The translations under genes were made by a program, and so were the position numbers. Below are positions 1-10,544 of a stretch of DNA of 64,000 nucleotides, in pieces. Source of the DNA: an uncultured delta proteobacterium (GTDB lineage Bacteria; Myxococcota; Myxococcia; Myxococcales; Myxococcaceae); NCBI GenBank assembly GCA_963796055.1, contig CAWCKH010000004.1, forward strand, positions 192,001 to 256,000. Reading direction: 5' to 3'. The notes under the pieces are model-generated. The model was not told the DNA's origin and ran no database searches. It saw only the letters and a program-made list of their open reading frames with translations. The first letter of the stretch is position 1. Every line of letters starts with the position of its first letter.

Positions 1-730
1 GCGCCTCCTCGATGGGAACGACCTGGTCGTCGCGGGCATGAACGACCATCGTGGGCGTGCGGACCTTCTCCAGAATGTCGACCACGTCGACGTTGGCGCG
101 AGCCTCGAGGAGCCTCGCAGCGTTCTCTGGAGAGGTCGTCTTCCGGCACAACTCGTTGAACCAGCTCATTTGCTCGGCGGTCGCGCCGGGCACGAAGCGT
201 GAGGTGTAGACCTGGCGAAACGCGGGATTGTCCTTTCCCCAGCCAAAGCGCGCGAGGTCGGCGATGGCCTGGTACAAGCGAACCCGGTCCGAACGGCCGG
301 GTCTGGCCCACCCGCGCGCGGAGGCCCCGTAGAGCAAGAGACGCGAGACCCGCTCGGGGTGCCGGGCAGCGTAGGCAAGGGACAGTGCGCCGCCATGAGA
401 GATGCCCAGCAGCGCGAAAGGCTCTCGCGGTCCGGCGGCGGCGATCACCGACTCGAGATCCCCCAGCTTGCGGTCGAAGGAGAGATCTCCCGCGTTCCAG
501 TCACTCATCCCGCTTCCACGTTCGTCGTACCGGACGAGGCGGAAGTGGGTGCAGAGAAAGCCGAGCCAGTGCCCCCACAGCGGGCTCTCCCACTCGTATT
601 CGAGATGGGTCAGCCAGGTGGCCGCCTTGATCAGGAGTGGACCGGTGGAGGCATCGGCCCAGGCCAGCCGGATCCCGTCGGTGGTTCGCAGGTACTGGAT
701 GCGTTGGCGAGCGATTCTCGACCGGGACAC
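1..730 (-). CDS. Alpha/beta hydrolase, probably fused to a C-terminal LuxR HTH (3' end beyond window)
   Basis: Not in the ORF track because there is no stop in the window. Manual translation from GTG at 730 (GGGGGA upstream): MSRSRIARQRIQYLRTTDGIRLAW...TWLTHLEYEWESPLW...YDERGSGMSD...LLGISHGG (GxSxG)...GWGKDNPAFRQ...TMVVHARDDQVVP. Confidence 0.85.
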   Translation of the reverse strand, partial: MSRSRIARQRIQYLRTTDGIRLAWADASTGPLLIKAATWLTHLEYEWESPLWGHWLGFLCTHFRLVRYDERGSGMSDWNAGDLSFDRKLGDLESVIAAAGPREPFALLGISHGGALSLAYAARHPERVSRLLLYGASARGWARPGRSDRVRLYQAIADLARFGWGKDNPAFRQVYTSRFVPGATAEQMSWFNELCRKTTSPENAARLLEARANVDVVDILEKVRTPTMVVHARDDQVVPIEEA

Positions 731-833
731 TTGTCCCCCGAAGAACCGCGAATCTAGCTCGGATCGGGACAAGACTCCCATGGTGGGCCGAAGGCGACCG
801 GTGCACCGTTCCTTCACACAACGGAGGAACGCA

Positions 834-1751
834 ATGCTGAGCCACCAATACGATTACCGGTCAGTCCTGGAGACGTCGGAGAAGGTCAACTGGAAGCTCG
901 AGGAGGTCATCGAGGGAAGAACGCTGGACTTCACCCGGCCCTTCCTGCCGGAGTCCCTCGTCGGCCTGAAAGCGATCCGCTGCCTGAACCCCGAGGAAAA
1001 GCGGACGCTCAACCAGATCCGCGGGTTCACCTACCTGTACCTCTTCGGCCTGGTGGAGGAGTACATCGTGCCGTCGCTGGTCGACCACGTGCGCCACGGC
1101 GTCCGCGGGAACGGTCACGAACGGCGGGCTCTCCTTCACTTTGCCGAGGAGGAGGCGAAGCACATTCAGCTCTTCCAGTGGTTCGGGGAGCAGTTCCAGG
1201 AGGGGTTTGGCACTCCCTGCGGGGTGATTGGACCGGCGGAGGAGATCGCCGCAGCCATTCTCGACCACGCGCCTCTGGGTGTCTTCATCACCACGCTGCA
1301 CATCGAGTGGATGACCCAGAACCACTACCTGGATTCGGTGAAGGACAACGCCAAGGAGAAGCTCGACCCGCTCTTCTGCAGCATGCTCAAGCACCACTGG
1401 ATGGAGGAGAGCCAGCACGCCAAGCTCGACACGCTGGTGGTCGACAAGATCGCCACCGGGCTCGACCGGAAGGAGATCGAGAAGGGCATCGACGACTACA
1501 TGGACATCGGCAAGCTGCTCGACGGCGGGCTGCAGACGCAGGTCCGGATGGACATCGAGAGCCTGCAGGCGGCGACCGGTCGGGTGTTCACTCCCGCGGA
1601 GAGGGAGGAGATCGAGCGGGAGCAGGTGAAGAGCTACCGCTGGACGTTTCTCCTCAGCGGGATGACCCATCCAAACTTCGACCGGAGCCTCCGCGAGCTG
1701 AGCGCGGATGGTCACCGGCGGGTCGCGGAGCTGGCGCAAGCCATCGGCTGA
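834..1751 (+). CDS. Ferritin-like diiron protein (AurF-like oxygenase)
   Basis: GGAGG RBS before ATG 834; paired ExxH motifs EEEAKH and MEESQH. Confidence 0.7.
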   Translation: MLSHQYDYRSVLETSEKVNWKLEEVIEGRTLDFTRPFLPESLVGLKAIRCLNPEEKRTLNQIRGFTYLYLFGLVEEYIVPSLVDHVRHGVRGNGHERRALLHFAEEEAKHIQLFQWFGEQFQEGFGTPCGVIGPAEEIAAAILDHAPLGVFITTLHIEWMTQNHYLDSVKDNAKEKLDPLFCSMLKHHWMEESQHAKLDTLVVDKIATGLDRKEIEKGIDDYMDIGKLLDGGLQTQVRMDIESLQAATGRVFTPAEREEIEREQVKSYRWTFLLSGMTHPNFDRSLRELSADGHRRVAELAQAIG

Positions 1752-1986
1752 AGCAAGCACTCGCCTCTCCGGAGGCGCTGGGAATCCTTGCGCTGCTCGC
1801 GGCCTGGACGTTCCGGCCGCGACCGGCGCCGTGATCCTGGACTAACCGCCATGAAAGACCCTGCCCCTCCCATGGCCGTTGGATGGGGGGTTGTCCTGGC
1901 AACAAGGTCCGCTCGCACAGGGAGCAATTGGCCGGTTCCTCGTGTCAGAACCGCTGCCCAGCAGGCTCTTGTGCGCCGAGCGCCAC

Positions 1987-3750
1987 ATGGCACGACTACT
2001 ATCGGTGAACGTCGGACTTCCGCGCGACATCGAGTGGAAGGGGCGCACGGTGCACACCGGGATCTGGAAGGATCCCGTGCCTGGCCGCTGTCGGGTGGGC
2101 CGATTGAATCTGGATGGAGACGGTCAAGGCGACCTGGCCGGGCACGGCGGTGAGCAGCGCGCCGTCTTCGTCTACCAGATCGAATCGTATCGCCACTGGC
2201 AAGAGCAGCTGAAAAGGACCGACTTCGTCCACGGACAGTTCGGCGAGAACTTCACGACCGAAGGATTGCCCGATGACGCCGTGTGCATCGGCGACCGTTA
2301 TCGGATCGGCAGCGCGGTGTTCGAGGTCACTCAACCTCGCACGACCTGCTATCGGGTCGGTATCCGGACGAACGAGCCACGCATGCCGGCATTGCTCACA
2401 GCGAGCGGACGGCCGGGTTTCTACTTCCGTGTGTTGCAGGAAGGTGAGGTGGGCGCCGGCGACGAGATCGTGAAGGTGGGAGAGGCGACGGAGCGAATGA
2501 CCGTCGCAGAGATCAACGCCCTCCTCTATTCGCCCGCTCATCCGCGCGATCGACTGGAGCTCGCGCTGCGGATCGAGGCTCTTTCGCCCGGATGGCGCTC
2601 TTCGTTCGAGGCGCTGGTGCAGAGTCCAGTGAACGCCACCGGGAGTGGTAACGCGGGTCTCGCGCCGGCAGCAGCTGCACATCCGACTGCACCAGGATTT
2701 CGGCCGCTCGCGGTGACGGCGATCGACCAGGAGTCCGTGGACGTCGTCTCGCTGACGATGCAGAGCGCGGACGGTCAGCCCCTGCGAACGGCTCTACCCG
2801 GCCAGTACGTGGTCTTGCGTCTTCCACGGACCGCCGGGGGCCCCCCACTCTTTCGCAGCTACTCGCTCTCGGGGCCTGTCTCGACGGAGCGCCATCGAAT
2901 CAGCGTGAAGGTCGAGGTGGATGGGGCGGCGGGGACTTACCTGAAAGCGCATGTCCGGGTAGGCGATGTTCTCGACGTCAGCTCGCCCCGCGGAAGCTTC
3001 GTTCTGCAGTCCGGAGAGCGGCCGGTGGTGCTGCTCAGCGCGGGAATCGGGGCGACACCTGTTCTGGCGATGCTGCACGCGCTGGCGGATGCCCGCACGA
3101 CACGGCAGGTCTTCTGGATCCATGGGGCTCGGGATCGGCAACACCATCCATTCGCCGCCGAGGTCCGCCGGCTCGTGCGCGCGCTCCCGAACGGCCACAG
3201 CTATGTGTGTTACAGCGCGCCGGGCCCGCCCGACACGGCGGGCGAGGATTTCGACGCCACCGGTCACCTCTCGCGATCGGCCTTCGCCGAGGTCGGCATC
3301 GCACGGGAGGTGGACGTCTATCTTTGCGGGCCCACGCGCTTCATGGCAGAGATGAAAGTGGAGCTCGCAGCGTCGGGCATCGGGCCGGAGCGGGTTCATG
3401 TCGAGCTCTTCAACGGCAGCGAGCCGATGACCCCTGGCGTCGTCGCTGCAGCGATGCGTCCTCCGCATCTGCCCCGCGGCGATGCCAGCACCGGTCCGCT
3501 GGTGTCGTTCGCCCGCAGCGGCATCGCCGCGCACTGGAATGCCTCGGCCTACCAGAGCATCCTCGAGCTGGCCGAGGCATCCGACGTCCCGGTCCGCTGG
3601 TCGTGCCGGACCGGTGTCTGTCACAACTGTGAGAGCGGTTTGGTTTCGGGGGCGGTGGTCTATGGACCCGAGCCGCTCGACAAGCCCGCCGACGGCAACG
3701 TTCTCGTTTGCTGCTCACAGCCGATTCGTGACGTGGTCATCGATCTGTGA
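1987..3750 (+). CDS. MOSC domain / FAD-NAD-binding reductase / 2Fe-2S ferredoxin fusion
   Basis: HGGEQRAV, FGENF, TQPRTTC (MOSC); RSYSL, AGIGATP, YLCGP (FNR-like); CRTGVCHNC...CC (2Fe-2S). Confidence 0.92.
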   Translation: MARLLSVNVGLPRDIEWKGRTVHTGIWKDPVPGRCRVGRLNLDGDGQGDLAGHGGEQRAVFVYQIESYRHWQEQLKRTDFVHGQFGENFTTEGLPDDAVCIGDRYRIGSAVFEVTQPRTTCYRVGIRTNEPRMPALLTASGRPGFYFRVLQEGEVGAGDEIVKVGEATERMTVAEINALLYSPAHPRDRLELALRIEALSPGWRSSFEALVQSPVNATGSGNAGLAPAAAAHPTAPGFRPLAVTAIDQESVDVVSLTMQSADGQPLRTALPGQYVVLRLPRTAGGPPLFRSYSLSGPVSTERHRISVKVEVDGAAGTYLKAHVRVGDVLDVSSPRGSFVLQSGERPVVLLSAGIGATPVLAMLHALADARTTRQVFWIHGARDRQHHPFAAEVRRLVRALPNGHSYVCYSAPGPPDTAGEDFDATGHLSRSAFAEVGIAREVDVYLCGPTRFMAEMKVELAASGIGPERVHVELFNGSEPMTPGVVAAAMRPPHLPRGDASTGPLVSFARSGIAAHWNASAYQSILELAEASDVPVRWSCRTGVCHNCESGLVSGAVVYGPEPLDKPADGNVLVCCSQPIRDVVIDL

Positions 3751-3917
3751 AGCCTGACCGGGCCGTCACGACGGTGTTCGGCGGCGGACACCGAGGGGAG
3801 GGCCGAAGGGGAGCCCCCGCACGTTGGGCTTGATGGAGCCCGAGCCCTCAGGGGAGGACGGTCACAGGAGCGCCTGCGGAAGGAGTCACACTGCCCCGGC
3901 GCCGGGAGAAACGCCCC

Positions 3918-6389
3918 ATGACGCGACGGACCTCGTTCCTGGGCCTGGTGATTGGCTCGGCGCTCGGAGTGACGAGCTGCGAGCAGCAGCAGTCCTCCCC
4001 GCAGGCGCCCTCCGGCCAGAAGCCCGCGGCGCCGGCTCCGGAACAGTCGGCGCCGGCGTCCACCGACGGGTTCAAGGGCGTCATCAAGCTCGACATCCGC
4101 GATTCCACCCCGGACTGGACGCCCTACACCCCGAAGCGGCCCCCCGAGGGAGCGCCCAACTTCCTGTTCATTCTCTACGACGACACCGGTCTTGCCGCCT
4201 GGTCTCCGTACGGGGGGCGGATCAACATGCCCACGCTCGACAAGCTCGCGGCGAACGGTCTCATCTACACCCAGTGGCACACCACGGCGCTCTGCTCGCC
4301 GACCCGGTCCACGATCCTCACCGGGCGCAACCACCACCTGAACGGCATGGCGGCGATCACCGAGACGGCCAGCGGCTTCCCCGGTGCCAGCGGCCGCCTC
4401 CCCGATCAGGCGGCCACCGTCGGGCAGATCCTCCAGGACGGTGGCTGGAGCACCTTCTGGATCGGCAAGAACCACAACGTCGCCGAGACGGACGTTGCCT
4501 CGGGGGCGAGCCGCAAGCTGTGGCCGCTCCAGAAAGGCTTCGACCGCTTCTACGGCTTCCTGGGAGGAGAGACCAACCAGTGGTACCCCGATCTGGTCGA
4601 GGACAACCACTTCACCGAACAGCCGTACGGGCCGGAGAAGGGGTACCACCTCTCCAAGGACCTGGCCGACAAGGCCATCGAGATACTCCGCGACCAGAAG
4701 GCGACCAACCCCTCGCGGCCCTGGTTCCTGTGGTTCAACCCCGGGGCCAACCATGCTCCGCACCAGGCCCCGAAGGACTACATCGCAAAGTACAAGGGCA
4801 AGTTCGACGATGGCTACGAGGCGTACCGCACCTGGGTCCTGGCACGGATGATCGAGAAGGGCATCCTCCCCAAGGGCACCCAGCTGACCCCGATCAACCC
4901 GCTGCCGAAGGACGTGGCCAACCCCGCGGACGTCGTGCGGCCCTGGAACACCCTCACCCCCGAGGAGAAGAAGCTGTTCGCCCGCCTGGCGGAGGTCTAC
5001 GCAGGGTTCTCGGAGTACACGGACGCCCAGGTCGGCCGGCTGATCGACTACCTGGAAAAGACCCACCAGCTGGAGAACACCGTCGTCTTCTATGCGGCCG
5101 ACAACGGTGCCTCGGGTGAAGGAAGCCCCAACGGCTCGGTCAACGAGAACAAGTTCTTCAACGGCTTTCCCGATTCGATCGCCGCCAACATGAAGTATCT
5201 GGATGTGCTCGGGGGGCCGGACACCTACGAGCACTTCCCGACTGGCTGGGCGGTGGCCTTTTCCACGCCGTTCCAGATGTTCAAGCGCTACTCCGAGTAC
5301 TCCGGGGGGACCGCGGACCCGCTGGTCATCTCCTGGCCAAAGGGAATCAAGGCGCGCGGCGAGATACGGAATCAGTACCATCACTCGGTGGACATCGTTC
5401 CGACCATTCTGGAGATCGCCGGATTGCAGATGCCCAAGGTCTACCGCGGGGTGGAGCAGTACCCGCTGAGCGGGGTCTCGATGCGGTACACCTTCGACGC
5501 CAAGCCCGACGACCCGACGAAGAAGAAGCGCCAGTACTACGCCATGCTCGGCACCCGAGGGATCTGGGAGGACGGCTGGTTCGCCGCCGCGATCCATGCG
5601 CCGCTCACCGGCAAGGGGCACTTCGATCAGGACGCCTGGCAGCTCTACCACGTGGACGTCGATCGCTCGGAGTCAAAGGATCTGGCCAAGGAGAACCCCG
5701 ACAAGCTCGAGGCATTGAAGAAGGTGTGGATGGAGGAGGCGGAAAAGAACAAGGTGCTCCCCCTCGACGACCGTTCCGCGATCGAGTTGCTGGGGACCGA
5801 GCGCCCGTCCGCCGAGCCCAAGCACGACCGGTACATCTACTATCCGGACACCACGCCCGTCCCCGAATCGGTGGCGGTCAACGTCCGTGGCCGCTCGTAC
5901 AAGATCCTCGGAAACGTGGAGATCACCGACCCCAACGCCTCCGGGGTCATCTTCGCCCACGGCTCGCGCTTCGGCGGCCACGCGCTCTTCATCAAGAACC
6001 ACAAGCTCTACTACGTGTACAATTTCCTCGGGATCCGGCCGGAGCAGAAGTTCGTGTCGAAGACCGCGATCACCCCTGGCAAGCACACGTTCGGCGTGGA
6101 GTTCGCCCGGGAAAAGGGAGGCGAGAACGGGGAATCCCTGGGGACCACCAGGCTCTACCTGGACGACAAGCTCGTCGCCGAGGGGCCAATGCGAACGCAG
6201 CCCGGGAAGTTCACCCTCTCGGGGGATGGGCTGTGCGTGGGGTATGACAGCGGCGACGCCGTGAGTCAGGAATACAAAACCCCCGGCACGTTCAAGGGCG
6301 GAACGATCCAGGGCGTCGGGGTCACGGTGGAGAAGGCCGAGTACCTGGATCTGGAGAAGGAAGCCAGAAGAGTGATGATGGCCCAGTAG
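3918..6389 (+). CDS. Exported Cys-type arylsulfatase
   Basis: LYDDTG and CSPTRSTILTGR formylglycine signature; N-terminal RR and lipobox-like VTSC. Confidence 0.93.
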   Translation: MTRRTSFLGLVIGSALGVTSCEQQQSSPQAPSGQKPAAPAPEQSAPASTDGFKGVIKLDIRDSTPDWTPYTPKRPPEGAPNFLFILYDDTGLAAWSPYGGRINMPTLDKLAANGLIYTQWHTTALCSPTRSTILTGRNHHLNGMAAITETASGFPGASGRLPDQAATVGQILQDGGWSTFWIGKNHNVAETDVASGASRKLWPLQKGFDRFYGFLGGETNQWYPDLVEDNHFTEQPYGPEKGYHLSKDLADKAIEILRDQKATNPSRPWFLWFNPGANHAPHQAPKDYIAKYKGKFDDGYEAYRTWVLARMIEKGILPKGTQLTPINPLPKDVANPADVVRPWNTLTPEEKKLFARLAEVYAGFSEYTDAQVGRLIDYLEKTHQLENTVVFYAADNGASGEGSPNGSVNENKFFNGFPDSIAANMKYLDVLGGPDTYEHFPTGWAVAFSTPFQMFKRYSEYSGGTADPLVISWPKGIKARGEIRNQYHHSVDIVPTILEIAGLQMPKVYRGVEQYPLSGVSMRYTFDAKPDDPTKKKRQYYAMLGTRGIWEDGWFAAAIHAPLTGKGHFDQDAWQLYHVDVDRSESKDLAKENPDKLEALKKVWMEEAEKNKVLPLDDRSAIELLGTERPSAEPKHDRYIYYPDTTPVPESVAVNVRGRSYKILGNVEITDPNASGVIFAHGSRFGGHALFIKNHKLYYVYNFLGIRPEQKFVSKTAITPGKHTFGVEFAREKGGENGESLGTTRLYLDDKLVAEGPMRTQPGKFTLSGDGLCVGYDSGDAVSQEYKTPGTFKGGTIQGVGVTVEKAEYLDLEKEARRVMMAQ

Positions 6390-6518
6390 CGCCCCGCAAA
6401 CACGTCGGACCCGTGACGGTGCGACAAGGTGACCTGCGCGCCGTCAGCGGAGGGGATGCGTCCCTGGATCTCGTCGCCGTTGGCGAGCCGCACCCGGACC
6501 CGTCCTTGCTGGGGAGGG

Positions 6519-6794
6519 TCAGCCTGCCGCCTCCGGTTCCGTGTCCGTCCGGTCGATGCGAACCACCCCGCGGATCTCCAGGGTCCACCTCCAGGGGGTC
6601 TGGGTGATTCGAAGGACGACTGCCTCGCAGCTCGGACACCTCAGCACGGTGCCCAGCGCACCGCCGTACAGGAGGAGCGTCCCGATCGCCGACTCTCGCT
6701 TGCACGAGGCGCAGGTACAGGACGCGCCGGTCATCTCGTGCGCGAAGATCTCCCGGAGCACGCCCGCGGCTCCGTTGCCATCCAGGTGAGTCAT
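6519..6794 (-). CDS. Small CxxC...CxxC protein (DUF6510-like)
   Basis: LDGNGAAG, CASC, RCPSC; ATGA overlap with the upstream reductase. Confidence 0.75.
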   Translation of the reverse strand: MTHLDGNGAAGVLREIFAHEMTGASCTCASCKRESAIGTLLLYGGALGTVLRCPSCEAVVLRITQTPWRWTLEIRGVVRIDRTDTEPEAAG

Positions 6795-7540
6795 CGCACG
6801 CCTCCAGTGGCTCCGAATCGCTCGGTCTTCACCCGTCCCGCCGGATGACCGATGGACACCAGCAGGCTCGCCACGGACTCCACCATCGGCGTTGGTCCGC
6901 AGACTAAGACCAGGGACGCCTGGTCGGGGGCGGGCAGTGCCTCGACCAGCATCGCCCGGTCAATCCGCCGGCCATGGACGCCCGGAGGGAGCTCGGACGT
7001 CGCCCGGGTGAAGGTATGGGTGACCACCAGGCCGTCGCCCCGGGCGCCGAGGCGCTCCAGCTCCTCACGGAAGATGACGTCCTCGAGGGTACGCCAGGAG
7101 CAGAGGAGCCGCGCCGGAACGGCGCTCGCCCGCGCGGCGCGATGCCGCACCATGGCCATCAGCGGCACCACCCCGCTTCCGCCGGCGACCAGCCCGAGCG
7201 GGCCGCCCTGCTCCACCTGCCAGGTGAAGTAGCCGCCGAGGGGACCGCGGAGCTCGAGCGTGTCGCCAGCCCGGAGCTCGTCGGCGAGGAAGCTCGAGAC
7301 CTCCCCGTCGGGGAGACGCTCCACCGCGAGCTCGATGCCTTTCCCCTCGGGGGCCGTAGCAATGGAGTAGCTGCGCTGGGCCTGGTAACCGTCCTCTGCG
7401 GTGAGGCGCAGGTCGACGTGCTGTCCGGCGGCATGGCCGGGCCAGTCCGGGACGTGGAGGCGGATGAGCCTGACCCGTGGGGTGGCCCAGGCCAGCTCCC
7501 GGACCTCCGCCGTCTGCCAGGGGATGGGTCCGCGCCTCAC
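6791..7540 (-). CDS. Ferredoxin reductase-like FAD/NAD(P)-binding protein
   Basis: GQHVDLRL, RSYSIA, GGSGVVP, VCGP, TERFG. Confidence 0.9.
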   Translation of the reverse strand: MRRGPIPWQTAEVRELAWATPRVRLIRLHVPDWPGHAAGQHVDLRLTAEDGYQAQRSYSIATAPEGKGIELAVERLPDGEVSSFLADELRAGDTLELRGPLGGYFTWQVEQGGPLGLVAGGSGVVPLMAMVRHRAARASAVPARLLCSWRTLEDVIFREELERLGARGDGLVVTHTFTRATSELPPGVHGRRIDRAMLVEALPAPDQASLVLVCGPTPMVESVASLLVSIGHPAGRVKTERFGATGGVR

Positions 7541-7544
7541 GCCT

Positions 7545-8150
7545 TCAGTCTCCGTCGTAGCGCTCCTCTTTCCAGGGATCGCCCCGGAGATGGTACCCGT
7601 GCGTCTCCCAGAACCCGGGCTCGTCCTGGTCCATGAACGACAGGCCGCGTACCCACTTCGCCGATTTCCAGAAGTAGAGGTGGGGCACGAGCAGTCGCGC
7701 GGGTCCGCCGTGCTCCGGCTCGAGTGGTGTGCCCTCGTATTCCCAGACGACGAGGCCCTGGCCGTCGGTCAGATCCTCCACGGCGAGGTTGGTGGTGTAG
7801 CCGCCGTCGCAGAAGGCCGTCAGGTACTCGGCCGGGGGCCCGATGCCGGCTTCCTCCAGGAGGGCGTCGAAGGTGATGCCCTTCCACCGGGTGTCGAGCT
7901 TCGACCACTTGGTCACGCAGTGGATGTCCACGGTGACGTCGGCGGTGCGGAGGGCGGTGAGCTCCTTCCAGGTCCAGCGCGCGAGATCGGACCCGTCCGT
8001 GTCCCGGATGGAGAAGCTCCATTGCTCGAGCGGGGTGTGCGGCGTTGGACCGGCGGAGAGCACCGGAAAGTCCGATGTCGGGTACTGGCCCGGGGGAACC
8101 CGGGATGGATCAACGGGGCTGCGTCGTCCGTGAAAGCCTCGGGTGGCCAT
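7545..8150 (-). CDS. Sulfite-oxidase-like molybdopterin-binding oxidoreductase
   Basis: PPGQ, DIHCVTKWS, EHGGPARLLVP, WKSAKW, GFWE. Confidence 0.9.
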   Translation of the reverse strand: MATRGFHGRRSPVDPSRVPPGQYPTSDFPVLSAGPTPHTPLEQWSFSIRDTDGSDLARWTWKELTALRTADVTVDIHCVTKWSKLDTRWKGITFDALLEEAGIGPPAEYLTAFCDGGYTTNLAVEDLTDGQGLVVWEYEGTPLEPEHGGPARLLVPHLYFWKSAKWVRGLSFMDQDEPGFWETHGYHLRGDPWKEERYDGD

Positions 8151-8177
8151 GGGGGGCTCCGTGCGCGTGGTCGGGAG

Positions 8178-9353
8178 TCAACCCCTTTCCGCCGGCGAAA
8201 TCCAACCGAGCGCCCTCTCGCTGTCCACCCGACGCCACGACCGGACCAGTGCTTCGACGGCGCGCGTGACGTCCTCCTCCGTCGTGCTGCGTCCCAGCGT
8301 GAGCCGCACCGATCCGAGGGCGTCTTCTGGCGCAATGCCCATCGCGAGGATGACCGCCGAAGCGCTCTCGGTTCCTTCGTGGCACGCCGAGCCCGTGGAA
8401 GCAGCCACCTCCGGGGCCCCGTCGAGAATGGTGTTCCCCGAAGCCCTCGGGAAGCGCACGTTGAGCGTGTTCGGCAACCGGAGCTCGCGGTGACCGTTGA
8501 GCCGGATTGCCGGTACCGCAGCCACCAGGCGATTCCAGAGCGAGTCGCGAAGCGCGCGCATCCGCGCAGCCGCTTCGAGGTCACGCCCCACCGCTTCGCA
8601 CGCCGCACCCAGCCCGACGATGCCAGCAACGTTCTCCGTGCCGGGGCGCAGACCACGTTCGTGGCTCGCGCCGAGCACGAAGGGAACGAGCGGCGTCCCC
8701 CGCTTCAGGTAGAGCGCTCCGACGCCCTTGGGTGCGTAGAGCTTGTGGCCGGCGAGGGAGAGGAGGTCGACACCGAGCTCGCGGACACGCACCGGCACCT
8801 TGCCGATGGACTGGGCGGCGTCGGTGTGAAAGACCGCGCCGTTCGCGCGCGCCAGCTCCGCGAGCTCGGCGACGGGCTGGAGCACGCCGGTCTCGTTGTT
8901 CGAGTGCATCACCGTGACCAGCGCCGTGTCGGCGTCGATTGCCCCGCGTCCCTCCTCGACACGAGCGCGGCCGTCCCCGTCGACGCCGATGCGGGAAACG
9001 CGCCACCGGTGCTTCTCCAGCCAGGCACATGGGCGTGCAGTGGCGGGATGCTCGATGACCGTCGTCACGATGCCGTTGCGCCCTTCGACCGCCTCGGCCA
9101 CGCCGCGGATCGCCAGATTGTTCGCCTCGGTGCCGCCGGAGGTGAACACCACCTCGTCAGGGTCGCAGCCGAGGAGCCCGGCGACCTGCTCGCGCGCGCG
9201 AGCCACCCCACTCCGTGCGCGCTTGCCGTAGACGTGTCCGCTCGAAGGATTGCCGAAGTGCTCCCGGAGGTACGGGACCATCGCCTCCACGACCTCGGGC
9301 AGGATTGGCGTCGTCGCGTTGTGGTCGAGGTAGATGGGGCTGCCGTCGTTCAT
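8178..9353 (-). CDS. Cysteine desulfurase (IscS/NifS family)
   Basis: YLDHNATT, FTSGGTE, HTDAAQ, AGHKLY (PLP Lys), STGSACH (catalytic Cys). Confidence 0.93.
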   Translation of the reverse strand: MNDGSPIYLDHNATTPILPEVVEAMVPYLREHFGNPSSGHVYGKRARSGVARAREQVAGLLGCDPDEVVFTSGGTEANNLAIRGVAEAVEGRNGIVTTVIEHPATARPCAWLEKHRWRVSRIGVDGDGRARVEEGRGAIDADTALVTVMHSNNETGVLQPVAELAELARANGAVFHTDAAQSIGKVPVRVRELGVDLLSLAGHKLYAPKGVGALYLKRGTPLVPFVLGASHERGLRPGTENVAGIVGLGAACEAVGRDLEAAARMRALRDSLWNRLVAAVPAIRLNGHRELRLPNTLNVRFPRASGNTILDGAPEVAASTGSACHEGTESASAVILAMGIAPEDALGSVRLTLGRSTTEEDVTRAVEALVRSWRRVDSERALGWISPAERG

Positions 9354-9895
9354 GCCCACTCCTGCATCCAGAGCTTCGCCCGGTAACGGGCCCATCCGTC
9401 GGGCAACACGGTCACCACCGGGCCGTCGAGCCCACCCCTGGCTGCCACCTCGCTCGCCCCGATGCCTTCCACGGCGTAGGTGCCATCGGGCCCCAGGCGC
9501 CCGGTCTCCACCCAGTCAGCGAGCGCGGAACCGATCGGATCCGCGAGGACGATCCGGACGGTCGGCAGTGCGGCCTTCAGCCGGCGACCAACCCCCGTGA
9601 GCGTGCCTCCGGTACCGGCTCCCGCGACGAACGCGCCGACGCGACCGTTGGTCTGCTCGAGGACGCCGGTGTTGCCCGCGGTCGCCTCGATGAGCGTCAT
9701 CCCCGCACGGAGCACGCCGCGCGCCTCGGCGTCGTCGACGATCGCCTTGGCGATGCGGTCCTTCACCGAGCCGCCGGGATTCATGTGCTCGCACTTCGCG
9801 AGCACCGGGACGGGAAGGCCGCGCGCGAGGCGAGACAGCGGAACGAGAGGCGTGCGCCCGATGTGATCGAGAATGTCTCGCTGACCGGTGACCAT
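9350..9895 (-). pseudogene. Cysteine synthase / cystathionine beta-synthase family gene with two in-frame internal deletions
   Basis: GRTPL, NPGGSVKDR and ATAGNTG jump directly to VLEQTNG..GAGTGGT; EGIG jumps to ASEVA..VVTVLPD. Only 181 aa versus about 300 or more for the family. Confidence 0.8.
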
Positions 9896-10081
9896 CCGTA
9901 GACCAGGGCCTCGTGGACCGGGCGAGTCTACGCGGTCAACGGAAGCACCGATGCACGGTCGTGCCGCTCATGGGAACCGGCTCCTCAGGCAAGTCGGTGG
10001 CAGCTTCGAGGGAGAGGCTACGAGCCTCTTGTCCGGTGGCGGAGTCGGTGCGAGGAATCCGCTCCTCTCAGGAGGTGGCGG

Positions 10082-10537
10082 ATGATTCCGACGCACTGGA
10101 TCACGCGGGTGCAGCTGATCTGCGCGCTCGCGCTCTGCGGGCTCGGCGGTGTCGCCCGGGCGGCGCCGGCGCCATGTGGCTTGCTCACGACCGCGCAGGT
10201 CACGGCGGCGGTCGGCGGAAGCTTCAGCGCCGGTCAGCCGATCGGAACCACTGGCTGTTCATGGACCTCGGAGAAGCCGCACGTCATCGTCACCGTGTCG
10301 CTGTGGCCTCCCAAGGAGTGGGACCGGATCAAGGCCGGTCCCCTTCCGGGAACCACCATCACCCCGGCGAGCGGAGTCGGCGATGACGCCTTCTACGCGA
10401 CGCTGGCGCAGTACACGGTGCTCTATGTCAAGAAGGGCCAGACCGTGTTCCTGTTCAAGATCTACGGAGTCGCGGACAAGGCGAAGCAGATGAGCGGGGA
10501 GATGACGCTCGCCCAGGAAGCCATGGCCAAGGTCTAG
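10082..10537 (+). CDS. Secreted hypothetical protein (DUF3558-like)
   Basis: GGAGG RBS, signal peptide ending ARA, PCGLLTTAQV, GVGDDAF. Confidence 0.7.
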   Translation: MIPTHWITRVQLICALALCGLGGVARAAPAPCGLLTTAQVTAAVGGSFSAGQPIGTTGCSWTSEKPHVIVTVSLWPPKEWDRIKAGPLPGTTITPASGVGDDAFYATLAQYTVLYVKKGQTVFLFKIYGVADKAKQMSGEMTLAQEAMAKV

Positions 10538-10544
10538 GAAAACG

